Source: Octopus sinensis
Taxonomy: Eukaryota
Direction of reading: 5' to 3'
Length of the DNA: 64,000 nt
NCBI RefSeq assembly: GCF_006345805.1
Contig: NC_043003.1
Coordinates: 81,530,001 to 81,594,000, forward strand
The notes under the pieces are model-generated. The model saw only the letters and a program-made list of their open reading frames with translations. It was not told where the DNA came from and did no database searches. The first letter of the stretch is position 1; each line of letters starts with the position of its first letter. Below are positions 13,864 through 27,202 of the stretch, piece after piece. The position numbers and the translations under genes were made by a program.

Positions 13864-14318
13864 CGTGTGTATGTATGTATAATTTGATGGTGTGACATCA
13901 TATCATGAGAAGCTGGTTGTATCATATGTTGATGATGTTAGGTTAATAAGCGATATGTTGCATAACTGCTGAAAGGCCTCTTTGTGGATGTGCAATTGAT
14001 GAATAGTTGAAAATTAGTAAAAATGTGGAAGAGTCATGACAAAACTGATATTTAGAAGAATCGAGATAATTCTTTATTGACTGTACACATATACAGAAAT
14101 AATCTTTTGTTCATTGGTGCATTGCTTGAAAGTTAAATATTGATACTATATGTATACACAAAGGAAGCTGTGTATAGTTGGAAATGTTTTTAATTGATAT
14201 ACAAATAAACTTGTATATGTTTTATCTTTTACTAGTTCAGTTATTAGACTGCAGCCATACTGCAGCACTGCCTTGAAGAAATCTTAGTCAAAAGAATTGG
14301 TCCTGGTGTTTATTCTAT

Positions 14319-14404
14319 TTAACCCTTTCATTACTAACCTGGCTGAAACTGGCTCTGGCTCTGTAGTATAAATGTCTTGTTTTCATAAGTTTTGAATTAA
14401 AATC
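14319..14404. mobile_element. piggyBac-type MITE left end
   Basis: TTAA-ccctttc terminus; no right end seen. Confidence 0.45.
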
Positions 14405-14622
14405 CCTACCTGGACAGGACGCTGGTCTGTCGCAGGTGAGCTGCAAGATGCAAGAAAGTTGTGGTGAAAGAGTCAGCAGAAGTTTGCCATTATCTTCTAC
14501 TGGAGCCGCATGGAGCTTAGGTGTTTTGCTCATAAACACACACATCGCCCGGTCTGAGATTCGAACCCATGATCCCTTGACCACGAGTCCGCTGCTCTAA
14601 CCATTAGGCCATGTGCCTCCAC
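14405..14622 (-). mobile_element. tRNA-derived SINE family C
   Basis: Head tggcctaatggttagagcagcggactc...gggttcgaatc; shares aaaacacctaagctccatg and ctctttcaccacaactttct with the 38.6-kb copy. Confidence 0.8.
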
Positions 14623-15270
14623 TATGACCTGGTTGATGATGTAGTTGCTATTTCAGAGTATAATAATAACTTACAGTTGGTTATGAATGCTGGGTAAAGA
14701 TTGCAAATGTGAAGTGAGAGTGTTGTTGCATGTTGGCAATAATTATGAAAGATATAGAACACAGAATATGAAAAAGTATAAATATCTGGAATGTTAATGG
14801 TTTGGTTCAAAATCAATTGAAATGCAATTGCAAAGGGCTATGAATATTTAAGATAGACCTGAATTACAATATTCTCTTGCTGACGGAAGAGGAAAGTAAA
14901 AATCTCATAATAGAAATAACAAAGAAATAGACTCATAATTTTCAGATATTACAAAACAGTAAAGCTGGCAAAGAAAAAAGTGAAATAAGGCAAACGCATG
15001 CAAATTAAAGAAAAATTAATAAAAGAACAAAATATTGTTGACGGTCAGATATGCAATTGCAATTTTCTGATATTTAAAATGGGAAATGAATTCATTACTT
15101 GATGAATGTGTATTTTGAAACACAATGAACAGGTGGAAGTGACAGTTGATTTATGTATATGCATGGCGAAAGAGAAAAAAAAGCCCCAAAACACAATGCC
15201 TGCAAGATGCAAGGGAATAAAAGAAGCATATGTATTTGTTTATAAATACATACATATATGTATACCTGTG

Positions 15271-15302
<32 letters not shown>

Positions 15303-15559
15303 CTAGGCAAAGGTTTACTTTAGACCTTTTATATGGCTTTTTGCAGTGTTTCCTAGATAAGTGGAGTAATAGCAATGATAATTAGGTATGGTGTTGGTAC
15401 ACAGGAGAAAAGATTGCATAGGAAGTATGGAATGGAGAACTAGTTGTGTTTCCTATCCTTCTCTATGTATTTCCTACATAACCACTTCTTATGTCTATCT
15501 AAACCATATCTAATACTCATTTACATTACTCCACCTGCCCCCAAAAAAAGGACCCTGCA

Positions 15560-15640
15560 AAAAAATTATAAAGAAAATCACAGTCTGATGACAGCTGGTG
15601 GGACAAAATTTCAAAGTCCCACCACTTAAATATACTGAGT
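15560..15640 (-). pseudogene. Decayed exon-like segment SVYLSGGTLKFCPTSCH
   Basis: Translation resembles remembered CFAP61 SVGISFLETLVFCSH, at the collinear position; exon boundaries uncertain. Confidence 0.3.
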
Positions 15641-15699
15641 GATCATTTAATGTTAGATTACTTTTATTTATAATTTCACATAAAAAAAGCAGACAAAAA

Positions 15700-15878
15700 C
15701 ATACATAAATATGTTTATATATGTATGCATGTATGTATGTGTGTATGTATGTATGTATGAATCAAGATCGTGCCCAGCATGACTAAAAGCTGTCTAATAA
15801 CTGAAACAAGTAAAAGATAAAAGATATGTGTGTGTATATATATATATATATTTATATATGTATATATATATATATGTA

Positions 15879-15920
<42 letters not shown>

Positions 15921-16050
15921 GTAAGTATACATATGCATGTATGTATGTATATATGTATGCATATTCATACATACATGTATACACACACACACGCATGCAC
16001 ACACACGCATGCACACACACACATACACACACACATACACATATGTATAT
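15700..16050. repeat. Compound (GTAT)/(AT)/(CA) microsatellite region
   Basis: Directly visible; contains a SINE A tail at about 15770-15825. Confidence 0.9.
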
Positions 16051-16160
16051 ATTGAAGCTCTGATAAAGCTATAATGTGTTACCCAGGCACTCAGCTATGA
16101 AACACCTGTAAACTAATGAAGTTCATATGATAATTGCTTATTCCTTTGTCATCTCATTCT

Positions 16161-16202
<42 letters not shown>

Positions 16203-16715
16203 TAAATGCTGAATGATGGAAATGAGTGCTCAACACCACATTAGTGGATATAAATTCTTTATTTGTGAATTAGTGTTGCCATTGGTTTCATGCTAAGAAA
16301 ATTAGGAAATTATCCTAGTGTCAATTTTTCAAGCCAATCATATGGAGAAAGGTGTTTGCTTCCATTCTGGAAAACACAGTGTTGTTTGGTTTGCAGAGAT
16401 TCCCATGAATCAACCTGAATAAAACTATGTATCAATGAATCAAGAAACATTATTGTTGGGTGGCATCTTTTGGATGTTTGTCTCCTTTGGATTTGTGTTT
16501 TGGGCAAATTGTTGTTTGGTCAAATTGGTTGAATTATTTTGTTTGTGCTCTGGGCATGGTGTTCTTATACTTGTGTGCTGAGGTGGTTCATCATTGGGGA
16601 ATATTTCTTCTTTATGTGGAGTTTGTGTGCTATGTGTGTTCAGAGTTCACGTTTAGAAAAAGAGCTATTCTGGTGGGATTACCATCGCAGATGTAAGTAT
16701 GTGTATATATATATA

Positions 16716-17143
16716 CTCTTTTACTCATTTACTTGTTTCAGTCATGTGACTGGGCCATACTGGAACACCGCCTTTAGTGGAGCAAATTGACCCCATGACT
16801 TATTCTTTGTAAACCTAGTACTATTCTATCAGTCTCTTTTGCTGAGCCACTAAGTTACGGGGACGTAAACACACCAGCATCGGTTGTCAAGCGTTGTTCG
16901 GGTGACAAACACAGATGCACAAACACATACACACACATACATATATATATATTATATATATATATATATATACATATATATGATGGGCTTCTTTCAGTTT
17001 CCATCTACTGAATCCACTCACAAGGCTTTGCTCAGCCCGCAGCTATAGTAGAAGACACTTGCCCAAGGTGCCATGCAGTGGGACTGAACCCGGAACCATG
17101 TGGTTCGCAAGCAAGCTACTTACCACACAGCCACTCCTACGCC
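16716..17143 (-). mobile_element. SINE family A, full length
   Basis: Collinear with the other family A copies. Confidence 0.9.
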
Positions 17144-17249
17144 TATATATATATGTATATAAAGATATGTCATTTTTCTTCTTAGTCCATATTAGTAACT
17201 TTAGCATATTTTGTCTCCTCTAAATTGTACTCAGAATATCTTCCTTTAC

Positions 17250-17453
17250 CATTCTTGTATTAATGGCCAGCTTGTTACACATTAGAATCAAATGTAGAAT
17301 TATGTAGGTGTGAAGTAAAATTTTTTACCACACAATCATGCCTATGTTTTGTGTATAGTAGCCAGGGACATTATCTACTTAACATCATTGATTCCATCCT
17401 AGTTTCTCTAGTAGTTCTTGATGATGTCATAGGCAGTGTGTTTCCTCCTCAAA
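17250..17453 (-). pseudogene. Decayed exon containing LLEKLGWN and KLAINTRM in different frames
   Basis: Acceptor gtttctatcacatttcag, donor ATG|gtaaag; internal TGA/TAA stops and a frameshift between the two motifs. Confidence 0.45.
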
Positions 17454-18191
17454 CTGAAATGTGATAGAAACAACACATCAATGTACAAATTGCTTTACAA
17501 TGTTGACTGAAGATCTTCATAAAAGTAGTTTCATTGTCAATAACATATATGTGTGCATATCTGTGTGTGTTTTTGCATATGTGTGTCTCTGCCTCAGTGT
17601 GTGTGTGTGTGTGTATGTGTGTGCTTGTGTGTATGAAATCCTCATCATGCTTTTCTCACTCCTCCTCATCGTCATCGTTTTAATGTCACCATTTTTATGA
17701 TTGTCTAGATCAGACAGAAATACTACAATGGAGTAGATTTTTCTATGGCTGGATGTCTTTGATGATGCTAAATACCACTTGTTCCTGAGTGAGGTTAAAA
17801 TCTCTCCGTCTGTTGAACAACAAGCTGGTCAGACAAATGGCACTGTTTGAATGAGCCATTTGGTTACAAAAAATCATTCAGCAAGAAGCAGCATGGCTAC
17901 ATTTCAGTGACTGAAACAAGTAACAAAGAAAAAAAAAAAAAATAAAAAATAAAGCAAATATGCATGACATGAAGGTTACTGATTATAATTTTAATGAGTA
18001 TTCTATATGTAAATTACTGAATAGTCGGAAGTGTATGTCAAATTTTTTTCCCTCTTCAGTCAGCTTTTATATTCTTTTCTAATTCTACTGGTTTCTGTTG
18101 TTGGCTTGTAGCCATGTTGGGGTGCTGTCATCAGTGAGTTTTGTCAAGTATACAAATATCAACTCCAGTAATTTGTTTGTTACTCATTTCA

Positions 18192-18467
18192 TTAACCCTT
18201 TAATGTTTAAACCGGCCATATCCAGCCCAAATATTCCATATGTTGTATACTTTTTTACTTTTTTACTTGTTTCAGTCATTTGACTGCAGCCATGCTGGAG
18301 CACCGCCTTTAGTCGAGCTTTTCGACCCCGGGACTTATTCTTTGTAAGCCCAGTACTTATTCTATCGGTCTCTTTTGCCAAACCGCTAAGTGACAGGGAC
18401 GTAAACACACCAGCATCGGTTGTCATGCAATGCTAGGGGGGCAAACACAGACACACAAACATACACA

Positions 18468-18499
<32 letters not shown>

Positions 18500-18829
18500 C
18501 ATATATACGACAGGCTTCTTTCAGTTTCCGTCTACCAAATCCACTCACAAGGCATTGGTCGGCCCAGGGCTATAGCAGAAGACACTTGCCCAAGATGCCA
18601 CGCAGTGGGACTGAACCCGGAACCATGTGGCTGATTAGCAAGCTACTTACCACACAGCCACAAACCGGCAATATCTAGCCTTTCACACCTAACCTACAAT
18701 GCCATTCTAAAAATAAACAATCACATCATTGAAACCTCAAAGCTATAAAATAATGCTTGATTAATTCAAAACAATTTGAATAAAAAAAATATTACATTTA
18801 ACAGAGTAATCTGAACACTAAAGGGTTAA
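18192..18829. mobile_element. piggyBac-type MITE with a nested SINE
   Basis: TTAA-ccctttaatgtt ... aacactaaaggg-TTAA (12-bp TIR with 1 mismatch, TTAA TSD); subterminal repeat aaaccggc.atatc.agcc occurs twice. Confidence 0.8.
18251..18660 (-). mobile_element. SINE family A nested in a MITE
   Basis: Collinear with the other family A copies. Confidence 0.9.
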
Positions 18830-18846
18830 TCTTAATTGAATTAATA

Positions 18847-19229
18847 GATGCAGGAGTGGTTGTGTGGTAAGTAGCTTGCTTACCAACCACATAGTTCCAG
18901 GTTCAGTCCCATTGTGTGGCACCTTGGGCAAGTGTCTTCTATTATAGCCTCGGGCCAACCAAAGCCTTGTGAGTGGATTTGGTAGATGGAAACTGAAAGA
19001 AGCCCATCGTATATATGTATATATATGTGTGTATTTGTGTCTCTGTTCCCTTAACATCGCTTGACAACCGATGCTGGTGTGTTTACTTCCCCATGACTTA
19101 GCGGTTCAGCAAAAGAGACCGATAGAATAAGCACTAGGCTTACAAAAAATAAGTCCTGGGTTCGATTTGCTTGACTAAAGGCGGTGCTCCAGCATGGCTC
19201 CAGTCAAATGACTGAAACAAGTAAAAGAG
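18847..19229 (+). mobile_element. SINE family A, full length
   Basis: Collinear with the other family A copies. Confidence 0.9.
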
Positions 19230-20688
19230 GTCGATTTAACCTATTTCTAGTGTTAACACCATTATACCATGATCAAACACATACAATATATGATGAGCTT
19301 CGGCACAGTTTCCCTCATAATCAGTCCAAAGTTATGGTGGAGTACACTTGTTCAAGGTGATGTTCTGTGAGTTTGAACCTGAAACCATGCAAACTATAAA
19401 GCAAACTTGTTAACCACATAACTATATCTGTTCAGATATTCCTTTGGTTCTCATTTGTATCAGTTTAGGTTATATTTCAAAATGAAGGTATTCACTTCCT
19501 CTATTTCTCACCTTCTCACTTTCATATATGTTCAAAATTATTTATTATTTTTTCTCATTCTTTTCATACTGCCAATACTGAAACAATTTTGTAACTTACT
19601 TCATTTCTTATTGCATTAGAAACTAACTACCAGTATCCATTATAATGATTAAACATTTTTTTTTTTTTTTGCTACATTATATGGGGTTCTCTCCTTAGGA
19701 ACACTCTATTTTGAATTCTACAACTACATGTCATTACAGGTGTCTATTTTGAGTTAGACAAGTTTGCATGCTAATCATCTTCTGCTTAGTCCTATTCTTA
19801 GGAGCATTCTATTTTGATATGTGCAACTGTACATTTCTGATCATTGAATATCGTTATTTTTGGTCAAACAAGTCTGCACAGTAGCAATCTTCATATGAGT
19901 TTTATACTCCAGAATACTTACATTGATTTCAATGGTTAGTTGTAATTAAGTAGAGTGAATATGAAAATTTAGTCAATTTGTCTTGAGTTTAAACTGAGCA
20001 CACCACTTTAAAATCTGAAGTACATTCATATCTAGATTATATCTCTTCTCCAATATCTACTGTCAAAGTGAAACATGTTTTTTGCTACACATAAAAGAAA
20101 GAATAGTGATAAAGATGTAAAGATGTACATTTAATTACACACGTTTCAAAGGAATTTTTTAAAAGTTAAGAGATGCATGCATTAATTATAGAAAATTTTT
20201 TAAAATGATATAAACACTAATACTTCAACATGAATAATTGCTTATTCATTACATCAAATGGAAAGTGAAAACCGTTAGAATCCAAGAAGAGGCAGGGGAA
20301 TATGCGATTACATATATTTATAGTTTTAATAGAATTTTCAACATTAAAGAATCCCCCATTTTAGCTACCTGCATAAATGAATTGTGAGCCATGAGCATTT
20401 TAAGTAGCAAGTGGAATCTGTGGGTATTGTGCTAATTTGATAAGTCTCATGATGTGTTAAATATTGTAATTAGTTGGTAAGCCATAACAAGCTATTATTT
20501 AGAGGAATTTATGACGTGGTTCGTTACTAGGAATCATACTTGACGTATCCAAATACTATGCTACATTTATATTAATAATCACTATAACAACTTATTAATT
20601 AAATTACTAACACATTTATAGATTTATAAATGCAGCAATTTATTGGAATGTGAGAAAAGTAATGAATACCTAAAATATCCATCTTTTT

Positions 20689-20727
<39 letters not shown>

Positions 20728-20731
<4 letters not shown>

Positions 20732-20907
20732 GTAGGTCCCGGGTTGAGTCGGGGTTAACCACAGTAAATAAGGTACTCAATACATAGCAGAGTAAATTAA
20801 TTTATTTTATAGAAGGAGCTTCTACAGGACTAGAACTGTTTCATTCAAATGAAATCATCAGGAAGCTATGATTTCATTTGAATGAAACAGTTCTAGTCCT
20901 GTAGAAG
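20728..20907. mobile_element. Penelope-like terminal fragment with 40-bp inverted arms (20819-20858 / 20868-20907)
   Basis: Directly follows (AT)n; contains a hammerhead; the arms are exact complements with a 9-nt spacer. Confidence 0.6.
20817..20867 (-). ncRNA. Minimal type I hammerhead ribozyme (Penelope-type)
   Basis: Minus strand reads agcttc-CTGATGA-tTTC attt GAAt-GAAA-CAG ttctagtc CTG-TA-gaagct. Perfect 6-bp stem I, 3-bp stems II and III, GUA cleavage site. Confidence 0.75.
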
Positions 20908-21305
20908 TTATAATTGCATTTAAACCCAATAAAATTTTTAATCATCATCACCATCATCACCATCATCATTATTAGCACAATTTTATACCTGATTTTCGAG
21001 CTGGTGAGGATTACATGGTATTTTCTGGGTCATTGTTTTATAGCCAGAAACCCTTCTTGTTGCCAACCATTTTTTTCTGCCATTTCTTATGACTCGTAGG
21101 GATGAGGTGAAAGTATTCTAAAACAGAGGTACATATTGTAAAAATAAAAAAGTGTTAATAATGGATGTTAAAAACCAATTGTAAGACTGTATTGCAAATT
21201 TAATTAATTTTATAACTAAATTCATCCTAAGTGGAACCTGAAACGCATATAACACACATTATAATATCCTTGAATTAAGAATATAAATCCCTCTCTCTCT
21301 TCTTG

Positions 21306-21336
<31 letters not shown>

Positions 21337-21814
21337 GGAACAAAAATGCAATAGAGGACAATAAATCATTTGGACAGGTAGATGATGCAAAGGTGGACAT
21401 GAAAAACAACAATTAGAAAATTAGAAGGACAGGCAAAAAAAAACCCAGGTCATTTGTGGTCTTATTGCCTCAGTCAAACACCAAAAGTCAGGACCATTTC
21501 TGGCAGTTACACTTGAGACGGTTTGATCTGGTTGCTCTCGCCAAAAAAATCTAAGCTAAAGGCATTAGATCACCTTTTAAGAAAGCTAGCGAATGTGTAC
21601 AGCAGCAAAAACACAAAGACAAAAAGCAGTGAACACGTTACACAAAAGACAAAAAAAAAAAAAACGGAAAACCTTGTACACAATTATGAATACAAGCAAC
21701 AAGAAAATAACAACAGGCGTCTTCAACTGAGAACGAATCCAATTGAGCTGGTGTATATGAAGTGAAAGTGTAAAGGCAGGAACGTGTGTGTGTGTGTGTG
21801 TGTGTATACATACA

Positions 21815-22290
21815 TTCAGAGAGCTACTACTTCTGCTGGCAACAAAAGAACTCTCTCTCAGAGTGAAAGGTAGACTATATGATGCTTGTGTGTAAACAGC
21901 TATACTCCATGGTAGTGAGACATGGGTTCTGAATGGAGATGACATACATAGACTGGAGAGAAATGAAGGTAGCATGTTTCACTGGATGTGCAACATCAGT
22001 GTGCATGTACAGCAAAGTGCAAATGTATTGAGAGAAAAATTGGGCATAAGAGGAATCAAATGTAGCATAGAAGAGAGAAGACTACATTGGTTTGGAAATG
22101 TAATGCGTATGAATGAGGACAGCTGCATAAAGAAGTGCTGATCAGTGAAAGTGGATAGTACCATCAGAAGAGGGAGACACAGGATGAAGTGGTAAGGACT
22201 GATCTCAGGATGTTAGGCCTCATGGAAGAAATGACAATGGACTGAGTTGTCTGGTGATATGAAGTTCTTGAGAAAACTTACCTACATCAG
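21815..22290 (+). mobile_element. Decayed RTE ORF2 C-terminal fragment
   Basis: FRELLLLLATKELSLRVKGRLYDACV*TAILHGSETW...RLHWFG, homologous to the 32.6-33.0 kb RT ORF. Confidence 0.8.
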
Positions 22291-22964
22291 TGAAACTGAA
22301 TTCTAGAAGCACTGCGTCCCACCCACACTTAAGAAAAAACATCTCACACACTCTACCACAACAGATCAAAATACATCTCTACATCTCTTCTCTTCCTCAC
22401 TTTTCCAGTTCATGCTCTATGCTTACCTCTCACTCTTCAATCCTGTCCTCTTGGCCCTGTGCCACCACTGTACCATTGCTCTCCACTTGCCCCTGATATG
22501 TATGTTCCACCCACACACCTGTCTCACTGTATCATTGCTATCTGCTAGCCCCCAACCTGTGTGTTCCACCCACATATAACAAGAAAACTTTTTCCATACC
22601 CTACCCCAACAAACCAGTCTACATCTCTTCCCTTTATCACCTTTCCTTCTTCATACACTATGCCTAGCTCTCACTCACCAATCTTGTCCTCATGGCTCTG
22701 TTCCTCTGTATCATTGCTATCCGGTTACCCCAAGACTCTGTATATAACCAGGCTTTTTCCCACTCACGCCCTACTTCTGCCCTCTTTAGTTACACTTCCT
22801 TCACAATATCCTGCCACTTATATTATAGCATTCAAACCTCAAGGGTATGCCCTGGCACTTGCCATCATCTACATCTCTCTCTGCTTTTACTCAATCATTC
22901 CATTTATATTCTGATTGCCATCCTTTGTGAATATGCCCAGTACTATGCTACCATCTCTATCCTG

Positions 22965-23001
<37 letters not shown>

Positions 23002-23078
23002 TCTCTTGCATTTCCCTCAGGTTGGGTAAACATGTATTTCTTTTGCTGCAGCACACTTGTTTCTGTCTTCGTTCCTAA

Positions 23079-23110
<32 letters not shown>

Positions 23111-23229
23111 CCTCTCCCTCTCTCTCTGCCAGGTACATTCTTTACAGCAAGACACCCGTTTCTCACTATAACCTTTCATCATCTGACACAAGATCACCTC
23201 CGCCAATGTGCCCTCCCCTCTAAAAAGAG

Positions 23230-23468
23230 ATTTTTATTTGTCAGTGCCGGTGCCACTTAAAAGTACCATGCCAAAACTGATCTTGCCTGTACTACTGCCA
23301 CATAAAAAGAACTAAGTCCACTCTACAGAGTGGTTGGAATTAGAAGGGCATCCAGCTATAAAAATCATGCCAAAGCAGTTACAGAAGTCTGGTGCAGGCT
23401 TCTGTCTGGCCGGCACTTGTCAAACCATCCCACCCATGCCAGCATGGAAGGCGGACGTTAAACAATGT

Positions 23469-23472
<4 letters not shown>
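23230..23472 (+). mobile_element. RTE 3'-UTR fragment
   Basis: gaagggcatccagcta...cccatgccagcatggaaggcggacgttaaac. Confidence 0.7.
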
Positions 23473-23513
<41 letters not shown>

Positions 23514-24214
23514 CATACATACATAGATATATACACACACACATATATACACATACATACACACACATATATATACACATACATACACACACACGCACAC
23601 ATATATACATATATACATACATACACACACATACATATTAGCAGTGTAGATAACTGCCCCATGACTGAAGTGAAGCTAGAACACTGGATGGCATAGTTTC
23701 ATCCAAATGAGAATTGTCAACACTGTGCCACCATCACATATATATATCCTTGGATGTTCTTTTATTTGCTTTGTAATTTTCATATACGTTTTTGAGTTGT
23801 TAAATTTCTGTATTTAAGACAAAACTCGTCATTTAAAATAAGGCCAGAAATCGTTTGCCCTTCTATTATTGCTTGAATTGTGAAAGTTTGCTGAAAATTA
23901 ATGTGATCCGTCATTTAGAAAAGATACACAACACTGGATGTAAATGACAGAATTTATAAAAACATATCGGAAAATATCCACAAAATCATATAGGAAAACA
24001 TATAGAAAAATGTCCGCAATATACAAAATCATAGAGAAAATATCCACAATATACAAAAACATAAGAAAATCTCCACAATAATTTCGAACACTTATGTAAT
24101 GAAGTGCCTTACCTCTCGTAAAATTCTTCCTGATGAATTATTCACTCTGCTTGTCACAGAATTTATAAGAGAAATAACATGCATGACATCGTTTGCATGA
24201 ATGGCAAGTAAACA

Positions 24215-25138
24215 TATGAAGCATGTTAAAAAACTATCCAACATTTTCATGCCAAAACTAATGTTGTGTGGGCAAAATTCTTTGGGTAGGATATAATGAC
24301 ACTCTGCTTGTGTATGTGTTAGAACTTTTGCTCCAGTAGGCCATGTCTGTTCCTGGCTATTATGCATAGAGACATGTAGTGAACACACACACTGGATTTT
24401 CGTTTTCATGGCAAATGACCAAACACATGAGGCAGAGATAATACATCAAGTTTTGCCAAAAGCTTGGTGATACTCAAGCTGGAACCAGCCAGAAGATTCA
24501 GCAGGCCTTTGAAGAAGATACCATGGGAAAAACTCAGATCAAGGAGTGGTACACTGCTTCAAACATGGCTGCATCTTTGTGGAGAGTGTGGCATGTTCAT
24601 GAATGTCATTCATAAGCCGAAATGAAGAGTCAATTAAGAATGTTTGGCAAATATTCATTGGAGACCATTATGTAGCAATCCTGGAAATTCCTCATGAAGT
24701 GGGAATAAGCTCAGAATCAGTGCATTACAATTTAACAAAGGATTTGTGCAATTGGAGAGCAAATAAAGCCAGATACATCTTGAATGCACCTTGTAATCCA
24801 TGGTTTCCTGGTCAAGAACAACACACCACTTGTTCAACAGACTCCTTACATTCCCAACTTTGCACTGTATGATATCTGACTTTTCCCCAAACTGAAAACC
24901 ATGCTGGAAAGAAAGTGATTTGGGTCAGGAAAAGAAATTATGAGAAAAGCAGTTGTGGAGCTCCATAGCTTACCAGAGAAGGGGTTCCAAAATGTGTTAC
25001 CAACAGAGGTAGAACTACTGGAAGAAGTGAGTGAACTTTCAAAGGGAGTATTTTGAAGGTGATTAAATAAAATTTGTGAAATATGTAAAAATTGTTCATT
25101 TAAGCCCAAAGATTAGATAATTTTTCAATACACCATGT
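24215..25138 (+). mobile_element. Decayed, internally deleted mariner transposon
   Basis: MTKHMRQR*YIKFCQKLGDTQ...TQIKEWY at 24415; LFPKLKTML; EYFEGD* end; degenerate TIRs aaaaactatccaa / ttagataattttt. Confidence 0.85.
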
Positions 25139-25197
25139 GGATCAATTATCTCCTACTGTGGCCCATATGTGTGTGTGGGTATGTGTGTGCGTGTATA

Positions 25198-25265
<68 letters not shown>

Positions 25266-25975
25266 ACATTTATGTATGTATAAATATGCATACATATATA
25301 CATAAATATATGTATGCATCTACATATATATACACATACATATGGAAATTGAAAGAAGCCTATTATACATAAATGTGTGTGTTTATGGGAATTTGTGTAT
25401 GTGTGTGCATGTGTGTGTGAATACTTACTTTCTGATATCACTATTTGTAGCTAAGCATCAAATGGTAATGTTTGTTGGCATTTACTGTATAAGATTGTCT
25501 GCTAGTGCTACGTTCTGAAATAAAATCAATCTCTGACTTGAATGGGATCTAGGGACTGGCAACAGGAAGAGCATCTGGTCATAAAAATCCCACCTGAGAC
25601 ATAGCTCATCTAACTTATCTCAGCTTGGAAAAATAAATGTTAACTAAACAAATGGTAATGAAAATAAATTTCTAATAAATATGAATGGAAATAGTCATTG
25701 TCTGAAGTTTTTTAAATGAGATTTATTTTACATATTGTAAAGATATTTGGATTACCAGTGTCACTCTGTTTTCAAAATAACCATTAAAAAATAATGACTA
25801 TATTGAGAGATTTTCTCATGTTTTTCTTAAGAGATTTATACTTAAATAAGATTAAGAAAAAGTATAAGCAGATGAATCCTCTGTCTCACAATAATGAAAA
25901 TATTCTCGAAAGACCTACTGTCTTTACAAATTGTGTTTCCTGTTCAGTCCATCTTCATAATTTCTAACCTCATAC

Positions 25976-26032
25976 ATCAAAGCCTTCTGGAGATATCTAC
26001 TTTGTAGTAAATATCCCCAGAAAAAGAGTGAA
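25976..26032 (-). CDS. Candidate exon (C)SLFFWGYLLQSRYLQKAL
   Basis: Acceptor gtaatatag, donor GAT|gtatga; open only in phase 2, matching the upstream exon. Confidence 0.4.
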
Positions 26033-26090
26033 CTATATTACACAAATGGAGTAATTCCTGCTTTAAGTAAAGCTGACTACTCTTATGGTG

Positions 26091-26340
26091 GGGGTGCGTG
26101 GCTTAGTGGTTAGGGCTTCAGCATCATGATCGTAAAATTGTGGTTTCGATTCCTGGATCGGGCGATGCGTTGTGTTCTTGAGCAAAACACTTAATTTCAT
26201 GTTGCTCCAGTCCACTCAGCAGGCAAAAGTGAGTAATGCTGCGATGGACTAGCGTCCTGTCCAGCTGGGAAACACATACGCCCTTAAAACCGGGAAACTG
26301 GGCCCATGTGCCTGGCTAGGCTTTAAAAGAGCTCACTTAC
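26091..26340 (+). mobile_element. tRNA-derived SINE family D (CORE-like body)
   Basis: tggcttagtggttaggg...ggtttcgattcc head, then gttcttgagcaaaacactt...ttgctccagtccactcagc. Confidence 0.75.
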
Positions 26341-26389
26341 ATATTAATTACTACTATTATGCCTGGATATGACAAACCATGACACTTAC

Positions 26390-26471
26390 CAATGAATTTT
26401 TAATAGTACCCTTTTAGTTAAAAAATGGCATCCATGAATAGTGAAGAAATCACCCAAATGTATTACAACAA
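26390..26471 (-). CDS. Candidate exon (V)VVIHLGDFFTIHGCHFLTKRVLLKIH
   Basis: Acceptor ccttaatttcag, donor TTG|gtaagt; only one frame is open, phase 1-2. Confidence 0.5.
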
Positions 26472-27202
26472 CTGAAATTAAGGTTTGCATTTTAGATTGT
26501 TATATCAATTACTCAAGTAGCACATATTATCTTTTGACTATTTGATTTAACTTCATTTCATAAATATATTCAGATGATTCTTTGCTACAAACTCATGACC
26601 TTGAAGTACAAGATTTCATTCTTTGTCAGCTCATCTACAACGAAAAATTTAAAATTGACGCATAATCCATTGATAATTACAGAAATATTCTTGTTAACTA
26701 TTTTAAAAACATATATGATTTATAGTAAAAAAAATAATTAACTCACTTCAAAACAAAGTAGTCACTGGCTCTTTATATAACAAAGTATTTTTCAGTATAG
26801 TAGAACTGTGAAAATTGCAAGAAACAAACTTGTGTAGGAGCACAAGGCCATACAACAGCAAATTTCAAAACTTCTGTTTTCTATCAATAGTTCAACTACC
26901 TATACAGCCAGTGGCTATTAGAAAATAATTATTATATGTTCTCTCAAGTTACTGTTGCATTTTTTATATTTTTTACATTATTTGCTCTCAAACGTCCTGT
27001 ATGAGCGTAAATCAATATTTATGTTATCACAAAAATAATTTAGATGTGAACGTTTTATTCCTTTAGATGTCAATAAATGTATTTACAAGTGTTGTGGCAC
27101 AACAGTTTTGAGGTTAAGAAGATAGATTATTGACATGAAGATTTAAAGTCCATGCTCAGACACAATATTTGTGTTAAGTAAGATACAGTTTTCCTCATTG
27201 TT

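Noticed and set aside
16641-16692. Plus-strand exon candidates with GTAAGT donors (also 40546-40569)
   Set aside because: Isolated, with no consistent plus-strand chain or recognisable product.
19922-20084. Segment flanked by a strong acceptor and donor on the minus strand
   Set aside because: All three frames contain stops and no motif is recognisable. It shows that splice-like signals arise by chance here, although it could be a further decayed exon.
24092-24409. 105-aa minus-strand ORF with a good donor as a host exon
   Set aside because: Most of it overlaps the 5' TIR/UTR of the mariner relic and it does not fit the exon chain.
26091-26165. tRNA gene (also the similar heads of the other SINEs)
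   Set aside because: A/B-box-like heads run into SINE bodies, with no complete cloverleaf or acceptor stem.
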